From Sarea resinae (lineage: Eukaryota): a DNA stretch of 64,000 nt. The stretch lies in contig JAPEUD010000023.1 of NCBI GenBank assembly GCA_026026165.1, forward strand, positions 62,001-126,000, given 5' to 3'. The notes under the pieces were generated by a model. That model was not told the DNA's origin. It did not search any database and was given only the letters and a program-made list of their open reading frames with translations. The translations under genes were made by a program, and so were the position numbers. Positions 48,800-60,619 of the stretch are shown piece by piece; within the stretch, counting starts at the first letter, position 1; each line of letters opens with the position of its first letter.

Positions 48800-51439
48800 C
48801 TAGATGAGTTGCTGGAAGGCGCGGTTGACTGGGGAGCGGAGAGGCTTGACTTCCTTGTAGAAGTCGACCGTCGCAACGGCGCGCTTGCTGATGCCCTCGG
48901 CGGTGAATTCAAATTTCTATGAGAACAGTCAGCTAATCAAATCACTGAAATAAGGCAGGTCCACAGATGGAAGCTTACCTTGTAGACATCCTTGTACGCG
49001 CCAGAAGCACCGAAGCGGTTCAGACCGAATTGCTCGTGAGAGTAACGTTCCCAGCCCATAGTGCTCATAACCTCGACGGACAGAATTGGGATACCATCGG
49101 GCAGAACGCTCAGGCGGTAGTCCTTGGACTGAGCATCGAAGACCTCGAAGCATGGTACAGAGACCACACGGGCGGTAAGACCATGGTGCTCCTTGAGATA
49201 TTTGAGGGCTTCGAGACACAGGCTCACCTCAGAGCCAGTGCTAATAAGAGTGATGTCAGCGCTCTTGTTCTCAACAAGAGTGTATCCACCATGGATAGCA
49301 TTCTCAATGGTCGAGTTCTCGAGTTGCGGGAGGTTCTGACGGGTGAGTGCCAGGATGCTGGGGGTTGACTTGGAGGTGAGAGCAATGTAGTAGGCGGCGC
49401 TAGTCTCATTGCCATCAGCCGGGCGCCACACCATGCAATTGGGAAGAGCACGGAAGTGGGCCAGGGTCTCGATAGGCTGGTGAGTAGGGCCATCCTCGCC
49501 CAAACCGATGGAGTCGTGCGTGGCAACGTAGATGACTCGCTGGTGAGAGAGAGCGGACAGGCGGACAGACCCAGCAGCGTACGAGACGAAGTTGAGGAAG
49601 GTACCACCGAACGGGATGATGGTGCCATAAGCGGAGAGCCCGTTCATGATACCGGCCATGGCATGCTCACGTACACCAAAGCGGATATATCGACCGGCCC
49701 AGTTGCCAATACCAAGGCTTGGGGGCTGGAAGTCAACAGCGTCCTTCCATCGGGTGTTGTTTGAACCAGTCAGATCAGCGGAGCCACCAACAAGTTCTGG
49801 GATGACGTTGTGAATAGCCTCAAGAACAGACTCCGAGAGCTTTCTTGAAGCGATGGCAGAGTCAGTGGTCTTGTATGTGGGCAGCTTCGTCTGCCAGCCT
49901 TCGGGAAGAGTTCCAGTCAACCGACGTTTCAAGTCGGCATGCTCAGATGGGTATTCCGAGGCATACTTCTCGAAGAGCTTGTTCCATTCGGCCTCCTTTG
50001 CAGCACCTTCCGAGGCGTGCTTATGATACAAATCATAAACGTCTTGCGGGACCACGAAGGACTGCTCGGGGTCGAATCCAAACTTGGATTTCAATTGCTT
50101 GATGTCGTCGCCCTTGAGGGCGTTTCCGTGAACACCTCCAGTGCCCTGGAGCAGGGATCCAAAGCCAATAGTGGTCGTCAGCTTGATAACGGAAGGCTTG
50201 TCCTTGACTTGCTGGGCCTTGGCAATGGCGGCTTCAATCCCGTTGAGATCATGGTCACCGTCCTTGACCCATTGCGTGTGCCAGCCGTACGCCTCAAATC
50301 GCTTCAGGACGTCCTCGGTGAAGGCGCATTTGGTATCGCCATCTTGCGAAAGATCAGTAACATATTAAGGTGCAGGGGATGGGGTGCTCTCCGCATACCA
50401 ATAGAGATGTGGTTATCATCATAGACCATAATCAGGTTGCCGAGCTGTAGATGGCCAGCTGTGCTGGCGGCCTCGCTAGCAATACCCTCCATGGCGCAGC
50501 CATCACCGAAGTAGCAGTAGGTGTAGTTGTTGACTAGATCGAAGCTGGGCTTGTTGAATTCGGCGGCAGTGTGTGCCTGTGCAATGGCCAGACCAACAGC
50601 GTTGGCGAAACCCTGACCAAGGGGGCCGGTGGTAACCTCGACACCGGGAGTGTCGTGAGCCTCGGGGTGGCCCGGAGTGATGCTGTCTAGACTCTATGTA
50701 TTCAATGCAATCATCAGCATATGCTCTGACTATTGATCAAGGAATCTCTGAACAGCACTTACACGAAATGCCTTGATGTCGTCGAGGCTGACTGCATAGC
50801 CAAAAAGATGTAAGAGCGCATATTGCAGCATGCAACCATGGCCGTTACTAGAAAAGCATCATACGTCAGTGGCGTATTCCCTAGAATGAAAGCTATTGAA
50901 ACAAAAAGGGTAAAGATCTGCAACGACAAATAGAGGATCTTTCTTTGAGCAAGAAATCATCTGTAGCAAGGGAGTAGCAATGCCACAAATCTTCCGCGAT
51001 TCTTCGAAAAGCAATTGCTCTAGATGCTTATTCGAAGTCGTATCCAACCCAACGTACGCCCGGATCTGAAAAGAGATAGAAGACTTACGAGAGAACGAAT
51101 CTATCTCGGTTCAGCCAATCCGGGTTCTTGGGGTTAAAGTTCATGAACTTGTTGAAAAGAACGTGGGAGACCGGGGCGAGGCCCATGGGAGCTCCGGGGT
51201 GGCCGGAGTTGGCTTTGGCCGTGGCATCGACCTAAAAATGATCATGTTTAGTGGATTGGCTTTGACGAGGTGTGGGGTTGATGTTGATAAGAGTATCTCG
51301 GCCGGCTCGTGCGAGAGCTGGTGAAGACATCGAGAGCCTTGGGAAAGGTGGCGAGCGGTCGCAGAGAGCAATAGAACGGACTTACCGCCAGAAGACGGAT
51401 CGTATTGATGGCCAACTGATCAACATCTCCATAACCCAT
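48800..51439 (-). CDS. TKL1: Transketolase; multi-exon
   Basis: [18 protein letters not shown]|..[44 protein letters not shown] (ThDP motif)..[25 protein letters not shown]. Confidence 0.97.
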
Positions 51440-53052
51440 GATTGCGGTTGCGATGATAACTTCTGGCTCTCCGATGGAATGACTGAGACGTGGAATTGGA
51501 TTGACTGGGTGACACAGGTGATGAGGAGAGGAAGAAGTGATGATGCAGAAAGGAAGAAGTTGAGGTGTAAGGTAGGTAGTAGTGAGTGAGAGATAATGGT
51601 ACGGTGAGACCGGGCCAGGTCAGGTTGAGTGAAAGTATCGTCAATGGTGGGGCAAGCAATGATGTATGAGGGAAGTACTGGGCAGTATCAGTCGTTTTCG
51701 GACCCGCACCATCTGCTATGTTGTACTGGGGACGAGTCACTCTGGCTCTAGAATCCGCCCAAGAGATACTACGTGGTACATGGCACAGAATCCGTCCGGC
51801 ATGCTGCTCGTCAACGTTTCCACGTTCGTCCATCGCCTTCATCGCATTCCACGATCGCCCACCACTCGCAGGTACGCCCGAGATACCCAGCAGTCCTCAC
51901 CGTGTCCACACGCGCCCCATAGCATTCCCAAGTAGCTCGGGGTACCGACCTAGTAGTCATCGCTGGCAAGTGGCAGTGGGCAACAAGAGACATCCATGAG
52001 GGCCCGTCAAGCAGCGGTAAGCAAGAGAGCGAGAGAGGGAAGAGCAGAACCGATTTGTAAACCATCGCCGCCCATCCCTCCAGCCTTATCCAAGCACAGG
52101 AGATCCAGAAGCTCCATCAGAGGTCCAAAGATGAAGTACTCCGGAGTACCGCATACGGTACCGAGACGGTACAGACTGGCAACCCCCCACGTCGCTACAG
52201 ATCAAAGTAGTAGCAAGTCTCCTCCCACGTACCTGACGCATCAATTCCGCGGCATTATTCGCTCACCACGAGCACGACCTCGGACTGCTTGCTTACCCTA
52301 CCCTTACTCCGTCCATCTATTGTACGCACGCACTCATCGTGCCTTTCGCCGAGCAACCATTTGTGGATCTTCTTGGCCTTTCTTCAGCGACTCGGAGCCC
52401 GATGGCTCCGAAGTCTGGATGAGGAGTGATTGTATTGTACTCCAGTGTAGCATAAGGCGAATCATCGTGAACATTATCGGCCAGACCTTCAAGGAGGCCT
52501 CACCTTCTTTTCGAATCGTCGCCGCCCAAACACATGATGGGAGGGGACACAGTGGGGTTCGGGGATGCAAAGTCTCCGGCCCCGGGGTTCTTGGCCCGCC
52601 ATTAACAGCGGTCTGATATTAGCAGCCAGCGGCGCTGTCATCCCAATCAGAATTTCTGAAAGGCAAAGATACCCAAGAGGCCAATTGTAACCGAAGTATT
52701 GGAAAATCAGTGTGAGACATTTCAGTGGTTTAGCACTACCACGGACGCCCGCTCGAAACTCGAAGATCACCTCGGGAGATATATATTTGGAGTTGTCTCA
52801 TTACCACATAGGTAGGACGTCAATAGTCTTTCTCCGGAGCCACAAAGGAGGATATAGGAGCGTCTATCTAGCATGTGCATTTTGTCTGTTCTCCAGCGCT
52901 CGTCTGCTCCGTCTGCAACTTAGATACATATCCGTCCACGACGAACGAAATTCAATTTCGCCCTCCAGCGCCAACAAATAAACTTCAGCAGTTGCTTCTT
53001 CGCCACCACATGCACCATCTCCGCAGCTGGTAGCCAGTCAGCAGCTCACGAC

Positions 53053-54902
53053 TCAAGAGTCCATATGCATATTCGTGCCCGCCCTTGAGCTCTTGATGAC
53101 CCGTTTAACGGTCTCTTCGACCGAATCCCAGTCCGACGTGTCAACACGAGTAAGCTCGATATCGAAGTACTTCCTAATCTCGTCAAGCTGCCTCCAGCTC
53201 TGCTTGTCGTACACGAAAGTAATGGCGACGCCGACGCGACCAAAGCGGCCCGTGCGACCGATACGGTGCAAGTAAGTCTGAGGGTCGGCACGATGATCCT
53301 TATCTTCGGGGACGTCCTGAGAAGATGGAAAGGAGTTTTAGTATGAGAAGCAGGGGAAAGAAATCAGCGTCTAGGAACTTGGAAGATAGACATACGTAGT
53401 TGACGACCATGGACACGGACTGAACGTCGATTCCACGGGCCAGGACATTGGTGGTGATGAGGACCTTGGCCTTTCCAGTACGGAATTGTTCAAAGATTGC
53501 ATCACGATTGGTACCCTCTAGAGCTCCTGTGAGAGAAGCGACTTTGTGGCCTTCGGCTGTCATGCGTTTCTCAATCTCCGCGGCAGTATCACGTCTCTGT
53601 GGGTATCTCAGTAAAGGGTCTTGAAATGTTTGGGCTGACAAGCATTACCCTCACGAAGATGATCGAGGAGCCAATAGTCATCAGACCATAGAGCTTGACG
53701 AGCACATCGTACTTGTCGTTTTCCGAATTGCAGTCTAGGTAGAGTTGCTTGATACCTTCGACCGTGAGCTCCTCATGTTTGAGGGTAAGCTGGTTGGCAT
53801 TTGGGGCGAATTTCTTCGCATACTGGACGACCACATCCGGGAAGGTAGCGGAAAACAGGACGATTTGGGCGGTTTTCGGAAGCAAGCTTTGTTGCATTTT
53901 CAGTACTCGAACCCAAAGAAAATGCAAGATTGAAATCAACTCACTTTTTGACACGGATACATTGGTCACCCAGTCCCTGCTGATCGAGCATATTGTCGGC
54001 CTCATCAAGCACGAGAACTTTGATAGTGGAAGGGTTGAGATTCCTCCTCCTAATCATGTCTGTGACGGTACCAGGCGTTCCCACGACAATGTGTCCTTCT
54101 ACCTTCTGACCTCGCTGAGCGGCTTCCATGGGCACAGCAGCCGTAACGGTGAGACCAGGTAGAAAGCTCCCCATGGTTTGAACAACGCCCAGGATTTGTC
54201 GAGCTAGCTCACGACTTGGCGCAAGGCAGAGAGCTTGCGGAGCCTTGAGTGAGATATCAATGCGGGATAGCATATTCAGCACGAAGGCGGCCGTCTTTCC
54301 TGTTCCGGATTGGGATTGTCCGATCATATTCTGCGCAGGATTACCAAGCAAGAGTGGAAGTGCCCGCTCCTGGATCTTGGACGGCTTGGTGAAGCGCATC
54401 ATATAGATGCCCTTGAGAATCTCATCCTGACTGTTCACAATCCAAGTTAGCTCTTTGAATAAAGATGATAATAAGTTCAATTGCTTAATTCGCCAATCTC
54501 GCAATTGAATCCTTACAGTCCCAATTCTTCGAAGGTCTTGACCGAGTACAGAGGGTTGTTCGGGTCAGCCTGCATATCGCTCAACTTAATCTCGACATCG
54601 TATTCCGGCTCCTGGAGGTTAGATCCCCCTTGCAGCTCAGTCGCTCCATCGGTCTGGGCATTTTCGAGGCTGGTCTCGGTGGGCTCGGTAGTTGCGGTAG
54701 CATCTTTTTCGGCGCCTGCTAAGTTTGTTGGATTAGCAGCTGTTGGAGTCAACTCCTCCGCTGTTTCGTCGGCCCAGGAACCGGTAGCTGTAGCTGTGCC
54801 CGGGATGAATGGGGCTGCCGTGGCGTTCATACCGTCAGATGATGGTTCAGTCTTGGTGATGCGGTCCGCGAGGGAGCTGGCGGCAGGAGCTTCTGCAGCC
54901 AT
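53053..54902 (-). CDS. DBP5: DEAD-box mRNA export helicase Dbp5; multi-exon
   Basis: [87 protein letters not shown]. Confidence 0.95.
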
Positions 54903-55621
54903 TGTTTCGATAGTTGTTTGATGAAATAAGGTGTTGTGGGGTCTCTTGCGATGAGGTGAGGATTTCAGTAGATCGGTAGGTAGGTAAGTAGGTAGGCAGG
55001 GTACAAAAGAACGGCAAGATCCTCGACTATGCAAGGCGTGAATGAAGGTGGATGTTGTTGTACGACGAGAGCCAAGAGGTCGTCGAGGGGCAATAGGGCA
55101 TCTGGGCGCAGAGCTTCGCTGGTCTGACGCCCGGCAGGTGGATCAGGTATGGATTAAGGATGCACGGTCAAAGCACGGCTCGACGGCGGGTTCTCGTGGA
55201 GATGGCGATAATAGTGTATAGACGTGAAAGGGCCTTCACGACGATGGCGGTGCGGCTCTGCTGGCTCGGCGTGGGTTGAGGCTCTCAGTTGCCACGAGGA
55301 TGACAAGAGTGACAAGAGTGACAATAGTGGGACATGATTCTTTCGGGATGCATTCACTCACGCATTGATCGGATTCACGACAAGAGGCCTTGTTCCCGTT
55401 GTATGCTGCCCGATCCAAAGAGGTTTAGTCTCGCTCGATGGGTCGAGGCAAGCTCCCCTCGTCGCTGCCCCTCGTCCTTAGTCAGCATTCGAGCTGCGCT
55501 GCGCAGTAGGCGTTGCTGAGCTGCCGTAATGAAATGCCCCGCCATCCATCCTATCAACACCAAAGAAGGGATTCACGAGCATCACGGCTCAATCAATCGT
55601 GCACCGCCAGGCCAGACAAAC

Positions 55622-56536
55622 ATGGCGACCCTGCACCCCCCACCCACGCCAATCCCGCCCCGGCTGCCCCCCGCCTTCCTCCTCACCAGCCCCGCCCCAA
55701 CACTCCTCGCTCAAGGCGCCGAAGCCCTCGTCTACCGAACGACGTATCTCCTGCCTTCGATCCCCAGCGCGCTGAAATACCGGCCGCCGAAGCGCTATCG
55801 ACACCCGACGCTCGACGCCCGACTCACGCGCCACCGCATCCTGGCCGAAGCGCGCGTGCTGGCGCGGTGTAGACGGGCAGGCGTGGCGGTGCCGGCCGTG
55901 TATGCGGCCGATTGGGACCAGGGATGGCTGCTGATGGAGTGGGTAGAGGGGTGGACGGTGCGGTGGGTATTGGATCGGTGGCTGAAGTCGCGGGAGGGGG
56001 ACGAGGGCGAGCTGGAAGAAACAGGACCAGGAGAGCATGGAAGGGGCAGAGAGGAGTTGCTAAGAGACTTGATGGCCAGAGTTGGGGAATTGGTGGGAAG
56101 GTTGCATGAGATTGGTATCGTGCACGGTGATCTGACGACGAGCAATCTGATGCTACGACCTCCCCCTCCTCCTCTTCCCACATCTTCATCAACAACCCCA
56201 TCATCATCAACACCATCACCACACCCGCACTTCCTCGCCTCCCGACCGCCTTCCACAACCGCACCCTCGCCACCTCCCCACACGCTGGCCTCCCTGACCG
56301 GCCCCATAACATTAATAGACTTCGGCCTGGCCTCGCAATCTCTGCAAGACGAAGACAAAGCCGTCGACCTGTACGTGCTCGAGCGCGCATTCGGTTCCAC
56401 GCACCCAGCAGCAGAGAAGCTATTCCAGGAGGCGGTGCTGGGAGCGTACGGGGCGAGTTACAAGGGGGCGCAGGTGGCGTTGAAGCGTTTAGACGAGGTG
56501 AGAATGAGGGGGAGGAAGAAGAATATGATTGGATGA
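55622..56536 (+). CDS. BUD32: EKC/KEOPS complex atypical kinase Bud32, intronless (likely start 55622)
   Basis: QGAEALVY, KYRPPKRYRHPTLDARLT, HGDLTTSN, IDFGL, EDKAVDLYVLERAFGSTHP, VRMRGRKKNMIG. Confidence 0.95.
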   Translation: MATLHPPPTPIPPRLPPAFLLTSPAPTLLAQGAEALVYRTTYLLPSIPSALKYRPPKRYRHPTLDARLTRHRILAEARVLARCRRAGVAVPAVYAADWDQGWLLMEWVEGWTVRWVLDRWLKSREGDEGELEETGPGEHGRGREELLRDLMARVGELVGRLHEIGIVHGDLTTSNLMLRPPPPPLPTSSSTTPSSSTPSPHPHFLASRPPSTTAPSPPPHTLASLTGPITLIDFGLASQSLQDEDKAVDLYVLERAFGSTHPAAEKLFQEAVLGAYGASYKGAQVALKRLDEVRMRGRKKNMIG

Positions 56537-57021
56537 GGGTGCTAGGTGGTCGAAGGAATGGACGTTTGGGTGGGGGCGCTCTTTGTGCTTAGGGTGTAAT
56601 ATGGGTTCGAGTGAGGAACCTGACGAAAAGAGGATCCCAAGTGGTACGTGTGAGGACGTAGTGAAACGGGCTGCTATTGATAGAAGACGGGGGAGATCGA
56701 TCCCTAACAGGAGAAGCATGGCGTTGGTGTTTGGGGCCAAAACATTTCATCTTCCAAATAAGATTTAAGAAAGCTCGAAGGATTCTTTGAAAAGAGATCG
56801 AATGGAGATTCATACAGCAACACAAGTACTAGAGTAGAGCTCTAATCTGGAGACTCCCATCCCTCCGCGCTTCTGCATACGCCCATATGCCAAATAAAAA
56901 TCACCAGTACAACGCCGGAACAATGATGTGTGAAAATGCCATGCTTGTTGGAGGCCCCTCTGCTGCTTTGTCCTATCCCGCCCGACCCAACACAGCAGAG
57001 AGAGAGGGGGGGGAGGCCGCC

Positions 57022-58079
57022 CTACTGCCCCTCCTTCAGCTCCGCCACGGCAAAATACCCCTTATTCTCCACGACGCCCCGATCTCTTACAACAGCCGTA
57101 TACTTGACCACCCACTGCGGCTCCAGCTCGCCCCGCAGACCTACCTGCCCCTCTTCATTCGACCCCGCAGCCAACACCCCGGCGCCCTTTTCCCCCGGCC
57201 CCAATAGCTCCCTCACGGTACCGCGAGGTAGGATATTGGTGCAATCATTATGCGTCAGGAGCTCGATATGCTCATGTTTGGCGAACAAGATCAGCGATTT
57301 CGGCACCACACAGCAATCCCTGACATTGATCTGGTCGACCGAGGGCCGCACTTTCGTGTGCGGGAGGAAGCGCGCGAGACGCTGGCTGCCGAATTCCGCG
57401 AGCCCGAGTTGCGATATCGTGCCGGCCGTGTGGAGGGCTTCGAGGGTGCGCCATGTTGACACCATCGGAGCCACGTCTTCGTCTGCTAGGACAGCACCAT
57501 CGGATGCCACATTCATCTCCTCTGCTTCTTCGTCCGACTCTTCTTCGTCGTCGGCGTCGAAGGAAATGCCAGGGAATGAGAGGATGAGGAGGTCAATGGA
57601 CGGGACGTGCAATTCCTTGAGCACCAAATCGATCGCCTCGCGCGTCTGCACATCTCGCTGCGAGGTAGGCGCGCTAGGGAGATAGAACAGCTTTACTGTG
57701 ATGTCGTACTGGGACTTTTCCTCGGCCAGGCCCGACTGGGCGAAGTCGATGGCGGGAACGTAGAGGGTAGAGCCTTCTTGCTTGGTCCATGATGGGCGGG
57801 GAGGATGATCTGGGCTTGCGTGGTCTGCAGAAACGCCGTTGGTTGTCTCTGTCGATGAGCCGTTGGTTGGAGGGTTGGAGACGCTGCGTTGGGCTTCGAC
57901 GAAGTTGGCGCGCAGGGAGGCTGTCAGTTCGGTATTGGATTTTTCCGCCGTGACTCTGCGGATGATGGGGGGGCCGCCATTCATGACATTCCTGCCACGT
58001 TGAAGTCAGTGATGTTGGAGGTCTTGGGATCAATCAGCTCTTTCGAGACCCACCCTGTGGATAGTATCAGTTTCGTCAT
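57022..58079 (-). CDS. Glutamate-cysteine ligase regulatory (modifier) subunit, aldo-keto reductase fold; exons 58079-58054, 57991-57022
   Basis: MTKLILSTG|NVMNGG; YDITVKLF, IDLLILSFP, LGLAEFG, VRPSVDQIN, CCVVP, LLTHND, WVVKYTAVVRDRGVVENKGY. Confidence 0.87.
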
Positions 58080-58655
58080 GTTGTTGCTGCTTTCTGGCTA
58101 TGATACGATGGTAGCAGAAATTCGGTTCATAGACGGGAGATGGCCTTGAGCGGTAGTATTAGAATCAAGATAAATGGCATTCAGAGATCTTCAGCTCTAG
58201 TTGTCAATACTGCCGTCGTCGCATATCGCATGTTACAGCATGAGGGATATCTTCAATGCACGAGAGAGCGCAGGATGCAGAATCCCGCTATGACTACTGT
58301 ACGGGCCGGAAGGCAGAATAGGTCACCCGCCCGTTGGTGGGGTGGGGTGGGATTGGTTTGGCTCGACTCGGTGGTGGGGTGCAGTGCCATCGGGAAATCC
58401 CGCGCTAGATCCAATCGTGTGCTCGTCCGCGCCAAGAACGAGCCCGAAACGCATGGAGAGCATATGGCATATACGCACTCTGGGGCATGAAAAGGCTTCG
58501 ACTCAAACGTATATATCTATATACTCAAGGATGCCCATACACCTAAGTGCACCTGGCTAATGAGCTCCGAACACGCGATCGGTATTGCTGTTTCTCAGCC
58601 GCTGAGAATATCTCGAACATGAAACGCCTGGTAATGCCCTTCGAGAAAAAAACAC

Positions 58656-59967
58656 TCATTCTTCCCCCTCGGCCGTAGTCCTCCCGTTGAGCATGCCCTC
58701 ACTCATCCGTGCTTTTCTCTTCCCCCACACCTCTCCCGTCCAATCTACCAGCTGGTAGCACCAACCTCCAGCTACCAAAACGCCACTGACCACATTCACA
58801 ATTCGCATCAGGAGAGATAAGAACCCCCCTCGTTCCTCTGAGATGGTCAGGAGTATGGGCTCGATGTCGAATTTGAAGAAGATGCCCGGTATCTGGCGTT
58901 CCCCTACCATATAGGATTGCTCGGTGACTGCGTACTGATTCGTAGATATGGTTTTGGAAGAACGCTTGTAGATCGTGGGCACCACAGACAGATAGTACTG
59001 AAACTTGTAAAAATGGTTGGGTGTCGTTGCCAGAGTACGATCAAGAGGATTGAGAAGGGAGGGATAAAAGGGACCGAATGAGAGTTCGTTGATAATATGC
59101 GAGAAATTGAAGTCTAGGGGTGTGTTAGCCAGAGCCACCTTGATCCTGCAGATCTCAATCGAAGCTCACCTCTATGCTCCAAATGCTGCCCGCCGAACTC
59201 CATATATCCGTGTCCTCTCGCAGTGATGTGGAAATCTCCCTGTACCTTATTCCCCTCCAAACTGCCGTAGACTCTGCAGGAATTGGCCTCGCCCCACAGC
59301 ATTGGTGTCCTGCCAAACTTCCTCTTGCCAGTCTTACCCATCACATCCGCGACGTGATCATCTTCCATTTCCAAGCCTTTCCCTTCAGCGCCAAGCCTAT
59401 GCACACCCTTTGCATCCACCCACGAGTTCCATTTTGTAGAATCCCTCTTTAGCAATTCGCCCGCTAATATCCTATCCCCTGAAGCGTCTTGCACGTTGAT
59501 GTCGAGGTCTCCGCATTTCATCGGGATCACAATGTCAAGATTGATCTGTAGCTCCTGCGAGACGCCCTTCTCGACGCTATAGTGGTGATGTTCATGGCCA
59601 TGGTGCCAGCGGCGCAGTTCAGATATCGAAAGGACGAAGCAAGTCAAGAGGAGAAGAACGGTCCACTGCCCTCCGCGACTGGACCGGGTCGTATACGTGG
59701 TCTTAGTTTTGGCTAAAAAGACGTCTCGTCGTCAGCAATTGACATTAAATTACGTCGCAAAACACTGCCACCGCAGACACAGGACGATTTGCATATAATT
59801 CAGAGTTGGAAGGAAGGCAACTCCCCGTGCGCTTTGGGGGTGGTATTGATGGGACGGCTGCGGAGTGTGCACGTACGGAAGGCATCGAAAGTTCGCAATC
59901 CTTCTGTGATCCCCCCCTTCGCCCCAAAATTCCCCTCGTCAATGCCCTTCTCCGAGAAGCCGTTCAT
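58656..59967 (-). CDS. ERV41: COPII vesicle cargo receptor Erv41; 3 exons
   Basis: LRTFDAF|PKTK..SRGG, LQINLDIVIPMKC..VQDASGDRILA, CRVYGSLEGNKVQGDFHITARGHGY, FNFSHIINELSFG, FQYYLSVVPT, PGIFFKFDIEPI. Confidence 0.92.
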
Positions 59968-60619
59968 AAGGAACGTGGCGGGTCTCGAAGACACCGGAGA
60001 AGCAAAGAAATGCCACTGTGTGATGGATGATACGTATGGCGGTTGTTCGTATGGAAGTTGAGGACAGCTGTAGCAAATGCGATCGGCTACCGTACGTTTA
60101 GCCAGTAGTAAGTACTCCGGGGCACAAAGGATTGATGATCAACCCCTAACGACATCGTCTTTACATGATGACCAGGGTCCCCAGGCCCCCTGCTGTCTTA
60201 CCCACTACTCCGAGTAAATCTTATCTTTGTCACGAATATGCTAGTATCATCACACAGATGCTAACGATAGCTGAAGACTCATCTCTATTGTGCTCTCAAA
60301 TTCAAAATCACAGTCAATTTTCCTGCTCTGCAGCAACCAGCCATTCTATGACTAAGTTTCCAAAATACGAGACGCGCGTCCCAGCTTCCGACGAGGCCGT
60401 CTCAGACGAATGCGCAGGCGCCAAAGTCCAGAACCTGAAGACAGTATTCTGGCCTCGAGCTGGAACGCGCGACTCAAGAGAAATGAAGGATGCGGAAGAT
60501 AAAAAAAATAACACCCAGATTGACTAATCGTTTATCGTTATCCTGAAGCCCCGATTACAGCGTGACGCTTTTCAGAGAGATTGGCCCATGAGATGAGGAA
60601 GAGAAATGAAAACTGCGGC

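Noticed and set aside
50848..51088. TPP riboswitch in the transketolase intron
   Set aside because: Lacks the CTGAGA and CTTGAT..AGCG aptamer motifs.
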